64,000 bases of DNA. It comes from Eledone cirrhosa (Eukaryota). The stretch is taken from the NCBI GenBank assembly GCA_964016885.1, contig OZ024759.1:12648001-12712000 (forward strand), read 5' to 3'. Made by a program: the position numbers and the translations under genes. Under the pieces are notes generated by a model. It made no database searches, had not been told where the DNA came from, and saw only the letters and a list, made by a program, of their open reading frames with translations. Shown in pieces: positions 53,400-64,000 of this stretch; position 1 is the first letter of the stretch; each line of letters begins with the position of its first letter.

Positions 53400-54575
53400 T
53401 CAATGATGAACCATGATAATGTACGAATTAATGGCAATGGCGGCTCTGGAACTGATGGTGAAAGGGTCTGACTTGGCAGGTGTCTCATGGCACTGCAGCA
53501 TGGGCCCGGTCATCATTCTGCCACTGCAAAGAAGAAGTTGAAATCTATGAATATTGGTTGCTGGAACATCCAGACCTCATTAGATTTGGTGTCTTCAGAG
53601 CCACAACCAGAAAGAAGATCAGCTCTTGTTGCCAAAGAGCTGGGACAATACAATATGGATATTGTCTTATCTGAAACAAGGCTACTTGGAGAAGATCATA
53701 TCACTGAGATGTCCAATGGCTATACGTTTTACTGGAGTGGCAGAGCAGCAGGATGCAAAAGGGAAGCAAGTGTGGCTTTTGCAGTGAAGACGTCTTTGGT
53801 GTCGACATTTGACCAGTTTTCAAGTGGCATCAGTGATAGTCTTATGTTGATGTACAATCGTAACCTTACCATTGTCAGTGTATATGCTCCGACGATGAAC
53901 TCCAATGAAGACGAGAAACTCACCTTTTACATGTCTCTGAAGGAACTTGTCAAAAAGATTCCTTCAGCAGACAAAATTCTCATACTTGGTGATTTCAACA
54001 CACATTGGCAGGGATTATGAGACTTGGGATGTGATTGGCAGACATGGCATGGGGAAATGAATGTAACAGCAATGGTCTCCTCTTGCTACAGATGGGTGTG
54101 GAGTTAGATTTGTTCATTATAAGAATGATGTTCCACGCTGGGTCGAAAGTGTGGCATCTGATCGACTATGTTCTTGTGAAGAAACAGGACATGCAGGATA
54201 TCAAGCGTGTTCTGCGTGGTGCAGAGTGCTGGACTGACCATCGTCTGGTGTGCGCCAAGGCAAACTTTGTGATCAAACCTCAAACAAGAGCAAATGGAAG
54301 TTCTCGAACGGAGCAGGTGCATGAGTACAGAGAGTGCGATCTTTTGGCATCGGGTGAAGTGGTGCAGTCATGTAGAGTGGATGTCTGATGATGGTATGCT
54401 AAAGCAACTTCTCTACGGTGAACTGTGCAAAGGAAGGCAACCACCACATAAACCAAAAGTGTGGTCCCAGGACTGTGTCAGGGGCTCCTTAGCTTGCACT
54501 GAAATTTCATCTGAGGAATGGGAGAAAATGGTTGAGGAGCGTGTGAAGGGGAGACGATGTTTTGTCTTCAAGTAA
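53400..54575 (+). mobile_element. Decayed RTE/BovB-like LINE: APE endonuclease region fused to the 3' end, RT deleted
   Basis: IGCWNI.T, LSETR, YTFYWSG, VSVYAPT, LGDFN, WHLIDYV, TDH; then KW.SHV..M......KQLLYGEL. Confidence 0.85.
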
Positions 54576-55134
54576 ATTTACAATACAGTAGGTAGACATA
54601 TATATATATTCTACAGTAGAGATGAACTTTTAAGACTCATCAGAGAAAAGTGTTGTCCTTAAAGATGTCACAGAAGGGATAGTCCAAGTATGTATGACAG
54701 CAAAGCAAGGCTGCGTATTCATGACACGTTTATCCTTTAGGGACAAAAGTTTTTCTCTGATCAGTCTTATAAGTTCTCAGGGAGATTCAGTGGGTGTAAG
54801 TAATATGATATAGTGTCTTGCTCAAAGAACAAGAACACTGGGAATCAAACTCACCACCTTATGATAGTGAACCAAACACCCTAACCACTAAACCATGCAC
54901 TTTCACACATCATAAGTGTTGTTATATATATATAATTGTTTCTACTTTTGGCCCTATATATAATGTGTGTGTATATATATTTACATATGTATAGAAATAT
55001 ATGTATGTATATATATATATATGTATGTATATATATATATATGTATGTATATATATATATGTATGTATATATATCTGTGTATATATATATATATGTGTAT
55101 ATATATATCTGATATATACCAGATATATGTGACA

Positions 55135-57545
55135 GTACAGAGGACCTCCTCAGCGGCATCACCGAAAATAACCGATCTAGGGACCTAACAGACTGTATAA
55201 TAGGTAGTATGGATGTTGTGTCCCTGTATCCATCCATTGACGTGGATTTTGCTGTGGAGAAATGCGTAGAAATGATCAGTGAGAGCAATGTTGAATTCCG
55301 TGGGATTGATACCAGTGAGCTGGGACTCCTACTTAAACTTACTTATAGTAATGATTATCTAGATACATATGACCTTAGCAACCTCTGTCCCACAAGACCA
55401 GCAAGAGGCAGACCACCTACCATTACCTTAATGGCCAAGAAAACCCACACAGAAAGATGGAACGGGTGGACCAGAGCCATACGGACCCCCGAAAACCACA
55501 ATGAACTAAAGAAAATGATTGCACATGCAGTGGGGGCCAGTATAAAACTAACCCTTAAGGAACATATGTTCAAATTTAATGGAAAAACATATGCCCAAGA
55601 GGAGGGAGCAGCCATTGGTGTTAGCATTGCAGGTGACATAGCTAACCTATTCATGGTATGGTGGGACAATAGACTTAAACTTAAACTTAAAGAACAATTA
55701 GAAGACAGCAACCTCTTAACCCTGATAATGTACTCCCGCTACGTTGATGATATAAACATCGTAGTAAAAACACCCCCCACTAGAGAACAGTCAGGAATTA
55801 GAGAAAAACACCATGGAAAGCATCCAGCAAATAGCTAACTCCATCCACCAGAGTATTAGACTTACTATAGACTACCCAAGCAAACACCCCAACCATCGAT
55901 TACCTGTACTTGACACAGAGCTCTGGTTAGAAACCATTAATAACAAAAAACAATGGAGGCACATGGCTTAGTGGTTAGAGCATTGGGCTTGCAATCGAAA
56001 GGTTGAGAGTTCAATTCTTGGACCGGGTGATGTGTTGTTTCCTTGAGCAAGACACTTTATTTCACATTGCTCCAGTTTACTCAGCTGTAGAAATGAGATG
56101 ATAGGGACTGGGGTCCCTTTCATTCCACTGCAAAGTGGTCGTGGAGGTGCCACGGCAAAAAAGCACCCAGCCCACACTGTAAATGAGGTTGGTGTTAGGA
56201 AGGGCATCCAACTGTAGAAATCAAGCCAGAATCAGTTCCCGTCCAACCCTTGCAAGCAGGGAAAAAGCGGACGTAAAATGATGATGATGATGATGATGAA
56301 ATCCTCCATTCCCATTATGCCAAACCCATGACTTCCAAATATCTGATCCACCAAAATCAACATACTGATTGCGGATTTAGTACGGGTGATGAGAAACGTG
56401 TCCCGCATGTGCAACCCCAAAGAACTAGAGAGACCCATACAACACTTCATCCACCGTATGCATTTCTCAGGTTACAATTGTTTTCGAGCGGCCTCCAAAC
56501 CCCACAGTGGTGCCTGGCTCCATGCCCTGCACCCCTTCTCCACTGGCACGCAGCTAGACAACCATAGCCTGCGAATCGGCGTTTCCCTGAGGCTCGGCCT
56601 CCGGATCTGCCAGCCACACCAATGTCGCTGCGGTTCCACCGTGGACTCTTTGGGCCTCCACCCGCTTTCCTGTCGCCACAGTACCGGCCGCATTCCACGC
56701 CATGCTGCCCTCAACGAGGTCATTAAGCATGGCTTGGACGCTGCAGGCTTCCCTTCCCAGCTCGAGCCGGTGGGGCTGGATCGAGGGGATGGCAAAAGGC
56801 CAGATGGCATGACCATCTTCCCGTCCCGCTGTGGCAAATCCCTCGTCTGGCATGCCACTTGCACCGACACTTTCTGCAGCCGCAACCTGGTGCAGTCTAC
56901 GACTGACCCAGGTTCTGCTGCACGTCGGGCTGAGGAGGCCAAACTCCTCAAATACCGGTCGCTCTCCGACAGGTTTGCAATCATTCCCCTGGCAGTGGAG
57001 AATTTTGGTGTCTTCGGGGCCCAGGGCTACCTCCTTACTCACCACCATAGGCGCTGAGCTGGCCAGCTGCAGGTGTGAGCCCTGCGAGTTGGAGTGGCTT
57101 TTCCAGCGCGTCTCCCTTGCCGTCCTCCGGGGAAACGCCTTCTCCATTCTGTCCGCTGGGGCTGTGGGTGGCCCCATCGCGTACCAATACATTAGTTAAA
57201 TACCATTCTTTCATCTTATGTATCTCTAAATTATATTTTGTACAATAATCAGAGAGATAAAATCAGAGTATATAGAGGAGCCAGAACCAAATGGGAAAAA
57301 ATGGTAAATAATGATACAAATGGGACCTGCCCCTTGTATAGGAGCAAATTTTGGAATAGAATAGAAAGAACTAGGAATAAGGTTAATCGAATAAACTCAT
57401 GGTATGATAGCAATAAATATCAGAGTGTAATGTTCATCAATACAACCCCTAGAGGTGAATTAGCTTATAAATTTAGAAGGGCCCTAGATAAACTTAAACT
57501 TAATATTAAGATAGTAAAAAGACCAGGTACCTCCATAAAAACACT
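55135..57545 (+). mobile_element. Penelope-like element RT region interrupted by two nested insertions
   Basis: [33 protein letters not shown]; coding continues after the SINE (56299) and after the CRE fragment (57241). Confidence 0.85.
56479..57240 (+). mobile_element. CRE-like retrotransposon 3' fragment (zinc knuckle plus restriction-like endonuclease)
   Basis: C.CG...H.LSC, RH..LN, EP.GL.R.DGKRPDG, AE..K..KY, FQR.S.AV.RGNA; TACAAT on both sides. Confidence 0.85.
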
Positions 57546-58261
57546 ATATATATATACGCAGACTAGAGAGGAACGAAGCTTGCATGCTCCGCTGGATTGG
57601 TAATAGTAATATACGCGAACGGCAAAGCATAAACGAACTAAGGGAAAAATTAGAAATAAGAGGGATCAGATGTTGTTTACTCGAGAGAAGGCTACGTTGG
57701 TATGGTCACGTGATGCGCATGAAAGACGACAGCTGTATAAAAAAGTGCAGGGCAATAAAGATAGACGGTAGCCACGAAGTAGGCAGACCCAGAAAAACCT
57801 GGGACGACCTGATAAACTCCGACCTCACTCCTCTCCAAGACAATGTCACTGGACCGAGATCTTTGGCGGCACTCAGTAATAGAGAAGACCCGCCTTACCT
57901 AAATACAAAGTAAAACCTACTACAGTCAGTAGGCACCTCTAACCCCATCCACACCACCCCTTTCAATGTAAAGTTATGTTGGTGCCACAACATCCAGGCC
58001 GAAACAAATGAGATCGTGTCGGTGTCACGACAAAAAAACACACAGTCCACGCTGTAATGTGGCCGTGTAGGCAACACGGTAAAAACCTCCCAGTCCACAC
58101 TGTAAATGTGGTTGGTGTTAGGAAGGGCATCCAGCTGTAGAAAACCCGCCAGACAGTCCTATGCGAGCAAGACAACCACTCTTGCCTCAAGTGGGAAAAC
58201 CCCCGTCCAAACCCATGCAAGCGTGGAACATGGACGTTAAACGATGATGATGATATATATA

Positions 58262-58347
<86 letters not shown>

Positions 58348-58929
58348 GAGTTAATAGTTCCATGTTACCATAGTATAATAACACAACGAAACGCTGGTTA
58401 AAGCCTGAGACGGAAACCTCACATCAATGGAGTCACTCTAAGTAGTGGACAGAAGGTGTACATACGGCTAACATTATATATATGTACATGTGTATATATA
58501 TTATACACATGTGTATATTTATTCCTAATAAGGCATCAAATTTGCGAATGGAATCATAATAGGAGTAGAAAACACACCACAGGCACAAAATGGTAAGCCA
58601 TGTCTTTAACCCTTTCATTACCATATTTTCAGCGAAAGTATCTGTGTTTCAATTAATTTTAAAAATATTATAACTAACTTTATTAATCATCTGATGTTCG
58701 GAATATATTTGAATAAAGGTTCTCACAAAATATTACGATGGAAGGTTTTCAGATAAATAAATATAAACACTTTTTCGTTGCCGTATTTCAAATATTGCCC
58801 TTGGTTTTCAATTCAACCATAATAGTTAATTTGTGTTGTGTATTTGTGGTTAAATTTGGACCTTGAAACTTTGGGCAGCGGTTTTGTTTCGTGTATGAAC
58901 ATAAATAAATAATATAATATAATATATAC

Positions 58930-58965
<36 letters not shown>

Positions 58966-60422
58966 TTAACCCGGGTTCAATCGGATGTAACCACAGGAAG
59001 GTACTCAATACATAGCAGAGTATAAATATTTAATATAGAAGTTGCTTCGACAGTACTAGAACTGTTTCATTCGGAGGAGTTCATCATGACGATTTCCTCC
59101 GATTGAAACTGTTCTAGTCCTGTAGAAGCCATTTCTATATATATATATATAATTGTTTCCACTTTTGGCACAAGGCCAGCAATTACTCAGTACATTACTG
59201 GTACTTTATTTTATCGACCCCATAAGGATGAAAGGCAAAGTTAACCTCGACGGGATTTGAACTCATATAATGATGGCTGCAACTCGATTTCGAGTCATGC
59301 CATCGCTTGATACTTAAGCATGAGCCTCATGGACGTGGCTTCTTAGTCCTGTTAGGGACTTGCCTATGGCCAGTAATATCATGCATCGCAAAAGAAAAAG
59401 TCACATATTAAGCAATGCCTGTGCTTGAAGCTTTTTTAAGTGAGGAAAGACTTTGCACGGGGGTCAATCTCACTGACTGAACATTGAATGTATTTGCCCC
59501 AAAAGAACTTGTCTACGTCATTGGATGCAAACGAAGTCGCAGGTTTTATATGAGAGTGACCTTCTATGGAAATGTTTTAATGAAGACTAGGGTCTTGCCC
59601 CCCCCCCCCCCAGCTTTATTGGATGGCCGTTGACACTCCTGAGTTTCTTTGTCCTCCTGGTGGAATTGTAGGGGGTTTTAAACATGGCGTTTGCCATCCC
59701 CGTCCAGGTCTGAACACAGTTGATTTTTTTTCTTCCAGAGACGGAGGGAGAGAGAGAGAGTGAGTGATGGAAAGATATATGTAGAGGGACAATCGACACC
59801 AGTACATGACTGGTTAAGTTATCAACCTCGGAGAGATTTGGACTCAGAGCACAGAGAGCCGTGACAAATTCCGCAAAGTTGAGTTGAAGGCGGAAAAGTG
59901 TCAAGAGTCGTTTGAACGTTAGATAAAGTACCTTGCGGTATTTGTTCTGGTTCTCTGATCCCTGAGTTCAAATGCCATTGAGGTCAACTTTGCCTTTTCG
60001 TTTTTTTTTTTCGAGGTCGATAAAATAAAAGTACCAGTCTAGTACTGAGGTCGATTCTTGCGCTACATATATTCCTCACGCCTTCAGGCGTGGTGAGAAG
60101 ATGGGCCCCGCCACGTTTAAAATGCCAACCACTGTAATTCCAGGAGTTACTGCCTCAGAGATACATAGAAAGTTTATAAGCAGCAGCCGTATTTACGTAT
60201 GTGTATATATATATATTTATAGATATATATATTCATAGCTGTGTGTATCTTCGCCCATACTATATATATGATTATATGATGTAAAATGTATTGTTTGTGT
60301 ATATAAATATGTTGATAGAGGTGTGGGTGTATATATATATATATATATATGATGTAAAATGTCAACGACGTTGCCAGGAGAAGATAACTGTTGAAGCCAT
60401 TATTTTTGTGTGTTTAACGTCG

Positions 60423-60441
60423 TCGCCGCTAGGGGGCGCTA
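60423..60441 (+). promoter_or_regulatory. CTCF-like binding motif
   Basis: TCGCCGCTAGGGGGCGCTA versus consensus TGGCCACCAGGGGGCGCTA, in a unique CpG-richer island. Confidence 0.6.
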
Positions 60442-60602
60442 CTTTCGGAATTTCCTCTTTTCTTTTTGTTGTTGAATTAATTTTTTTTTCCACTAATTTT
60501 CCCTGAATTACTGCTCGCTGTTTGTTGTCGCTGCTGCTTCATCTTCTTCCAGCTCTCGCCATCGTCGTTGGAGTGTCCAGAGCAGCCGTGTGGGTTGAGA
60601 GC

Positions 60603-60618
60603 TGACGTCACTTCCAAT
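60603..60618. promoter_or_regulatory. CRE palindrome TGACGTCA with adjacent CACTTCC and CCAAT
   Basis: direct motif match in the same unique island; short motifs can occur by chance. Confidence 0.35.
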
Positions 60619-60752
60619 GGAACATGTTCCTTGGTTTGGTCCTATCAAGTAATATCTAGGCTATAAACAAAACAGCTGTAAGCACCTGCTTCACTGTCGT
60701 TGAACAGCACAAGAGAGGCTAGCCAGGCCGAGCCTCATCAACCACACCTCTT

Positions 60753-60785
<33 letters not shown>

Positions 60786-61063
60786 GAAAAGGCAGATTAG
60801 AGACTTTTCAACGATTAGAAGTTGACGTAGTCTTTCTCAAAAAAGAAGGTGGAAAGAAAGAAAGAAAAAAAAAACAAAACAAGGAAACAAGGGAAAAAAT
60901 TTACTGAAGCAACAAACAAACATCACCACCTTCACTAGCAGCAGAAAGGGATCACTGGACGGTGAAAGTCTTGAACCCTTCTCTCTTTCTTTCTTTCCTT
61001 CCTTCATTTCTACTCGTGAAACCCCTTGTTTTAAGGAACCGATAACAACACCAACAATTAACC

Positions 61064-61087
61064 ATGTCTACAGATCGGCGTAGTCAG
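61064..61087 (+). CDS. Candidate first coding exon of the downstream gene (MSTDRRSQ)
   Basis: AACC-ATG context, 8 codons, consensus donor CAG|GTAAGA, preceded by 5'UTR-like unique sequence; product unidentifiable. Confidence 0.5.
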
Positions 61088-62870
61088 GTAAGATTTTAGA
61101 TAATATAGTGTATATATATATATATATATATACACACACATAATCGTTAAACGTTTGCCTCTCCCCCTGGACCCAAACGTTACACACATACATATATATA
61201 ACACAACCATATATATATATATATACGTTTGTATTATCAACTCATCTAAACTCATATCAATATATATATATGTATATATGGCACAAGCAGATGAAATCTG
61301 TTATATTACTGCTATTATCTATATTATTTACTATAGTAATTATTTATATTATTAATAGTATTAACAGAAATGTTGCGATATTTATCATCATTTTACGTCC
61401 GCTCTTCCCTGCTTGCAAAGGTGGGACGGGTCCTTTTCAGCATGGCATCTCTCTATTCGTCACAGTCCCTCGTCATCTCCTCTGTGAGCTTCAGCGATCT
61501 GAGGTCAGCTCTCACCACCTCCGCCCATGTTTTTCGTGGTCTTCTACTGCGTCTTCCTTCCACCGAGATTTCTTGGCACTTCGAGGTCAACTTTGCCCTT
61601 CATCCTTCCGGGATTGATAAAATAAAGTACCAGTAACACACTGGAGTCGAAATAATCAATTTATCCCTCGCCTCACCCCAAATTACTGGTCTTGACTGGT
61701 CCTGAAAACAGGAGTACGGGTCGTTAGAGCGTCGAACGAATGGTTAGCAGTATTTGTTGGTGATTTTTACTTGAGTTAAAACTCCTGCTTCTGACAAGAC
61801 CCACTGGAAGGAGTGTTTGAGGATCCTGCCCCCTTAACTCTTCGGGAATAAGTGGGCGAAGAAGAGTTAAAGTCCCGTTGAGATCAACTTTGCTTTTCAT
61901 CCTTCCGAGGTCGATAAAATAAAGTACCACTGGTGCAAATTTAAATGACTTTCCTCATTGCCACAAATTGCAGGCCTTGTCTAGATTTAGCAATCTTAAT
62001 TTTGATATGTCTAAACCTTTATTCTCGACGAGAATGACGAAATAGTTTGTAACAATCAGCTTTTTTAATATTTAAATAAAATTAGTTATCTGTCGTCTAA
62101 ATATCCCAGATACTTCGGAATGGCGAGGAAGAGAGCATGAGAGATTGTAAAGTAGGAAAACTAAATAAGTAATTTTAAACCTATTTTATTCTCAGTTGTA
62201 TAAATAACATTACAAATTGCTCACAATTCTTTCAGACAAATATAAACACATATAAGAAATACAGTTAACCAATTAACCATTGCTAGGAACCTCACCAATA
62301 TATGAGATTGAAAGCATGTCTTTGGTAAATATCTTCACTGGAAATTCTAACTAAAAACACCTCAAATATTATTTGGATTTTCATTTTAAAGGTAAATTGT
62401 AAATATGGCTGTCTATTTTGTGTTTACACTTTAGTGGCTTGTGTGTGTGTAGTTGTTTGTGTATATGTAGTTGTCTGTATGTATGTGTGGCTACGTGTGT
62501 GTGTGGCAATATGTATATGTATGCTTTCAGGATTTAAAGAAGAACCGAATAACAACGAAATGTGTGGTCACTCGATCTTATAAATGCTAGAAATAATAGC
62601 CAAATCTTCTTCTAACCACTAATTAAGTCTTGTACTCCTATATAAACATCTATAGTTATATATTTTTTATTATTATTTTTCACTCGAAAATTCCCGGAAG
62701 TTGTCTATTTTCAAACGAAAGACTCACTCCCAATATTTCACTTCCCTGGTTTACTTTAGAGATGTAGGAATTATAAACATTTCCCCCTCTCCCATCCACT
62801 GCACACTCAATTAAATTAAAGCTCGCTACTTGTTGATTTTTCTTTACCCGGAATACACCAACCTGTTACT

Positions 62871-64000
62871 TCCACCCTCTATAATATGGACTTTCTACCA
62901 CTCTATAGTGTGGAGTTTCCACCCTCTATAATGTGGCGTTCCATCCTCTATAATGTGGAGTTTCCATCCTCTATAGTGTGGAGTTTCCACCCTCTATAAT
63001 GTAGAGTTTCCATCCTCTATAATGTGGAATTTCCATCCTCTATAGTGTGGGGTTTCCATCCTCTATAATATGGGGTTTCCATCCTCTATAATGTGGAGTT
63101 TCCATCCTCTATAATATGGGGTTTCCACTCTCTATAATGTGGAGTTACCACCCTCTATAATATGGGGTTTCCATCCTCTATAATGTGGAGTTTCCATCCT
63201 CTATAATATGGAGTTTCCACCCTCTATAATGTGGAGTTTCCATCCTCTATAATATGGGGTTTCCACCCTCTATAATATGGGGTTTCCATCCTCTATAGTG
63301 TGGGGTTTCCACCCTCTATAATATGGAGTTTCCACCCTCTATAATGTGGAGTTTCCATCCTCTATAATATGGGGTTTCCACCCTCTATAATATGGGGTTT
63401 CCATCCTCTATAGTGTGGAGTTTCCATCCTCTATAATATGGAGTTTCCACCCTCTATAATGTGGAGTTTCCATCCTCTATAATATGGAGTTTCCACCCTC
63501 TATAATATGGAGTTTCCATCCTCTATAATATGGAGTTTCCACCCTCTATAATGTGGAGTTTCCATCCTCTATAATGTGGAGTTTCCACCCTCTATAACAT
63601 GGGGTTTCCATCCTCTATAGTATGGGGTTTCCACCCTCTATAGTGTGGGGTTTCCACCCTCTATAATATGGAGTTTCCACCTTCTATAATGTAGAGTTTC
63701 CATCCTCTATAATGTGGAATTTCCACCCTCTATAATGTGGGGTTTCCACCCTCTATAGTGTGGAGTTTCCACCCTCTATAATATGGGGTTTCCATCCTCT
63801 ATAATGTAGAGTTTCCATCCTCTATAATGTGGAATTTCCACCCTCTATAATGTGGAATTTCCACCCTCTATAATGTGGAGTTTCCATCCTCTATAGTCTG
63901 GGGTTTCCATCCTCTATAATATGGAGTTTCCACCCTCTATAATGTGGAGTTCCCACCCTCTATAATGTGGAGTTTCCACCCTCTATAATATGGAGTTTCC
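62871..64000. repeat. 23-bp minisatellite, at least 49 copies, running off the window end
   Basis: unit CCA(C/T)CCTCTATAAT(G/A)TGG(A/G)GTTT. Confidence 0.95.

Noticed and set aside
55955-56030. tRNA gene
   Set aside because: The A/B boxes belong to a SINE head that continues into CORE and LINE-derived sequence in at least six copies.

Overview
AT-rich, repeat-dense animal genomic DNA. The SINE families, (AT)n/(ATG)n microsatellites and LINE content suggest an octopus or other cephalopod (inference). The backbone is the 3' part of one + strand gene encoding a multi-EF-hand protein most like EFCAB6. I traced 14 GT-AG exons (2257-50847) that splice in one phase-consistent frame: 2148 nt, 715 aa plus stop; the 5' exons lie before the window. 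Introns and flanks hold two tRNA-derived SINE families (CORE-type and Meta-type), fragments of RTE, CR1/L2, CRE, R4-like and Penelope retroelements, Tc1/mariner, piggyBac-like and Ginger-like MITEs, and about a dozen minisatellite arrays. Most notable: (1) a 3.3-kb array of ~39 x 85 bp copies the last exon's own splice acceptor, with the AG destroyed in the copies; (2) most other arrays also trace to a local transposon or LINE seed; (3) several long fold-back palindromes carry hammerhead-ribozyme-like motifs of Penelope type. A probable promoter and first exon of the next gene, with a strong CTCF motif, lies at ~60.4-61.1 kb. All coordinates were read by hand; transposon boundaries are approximate.
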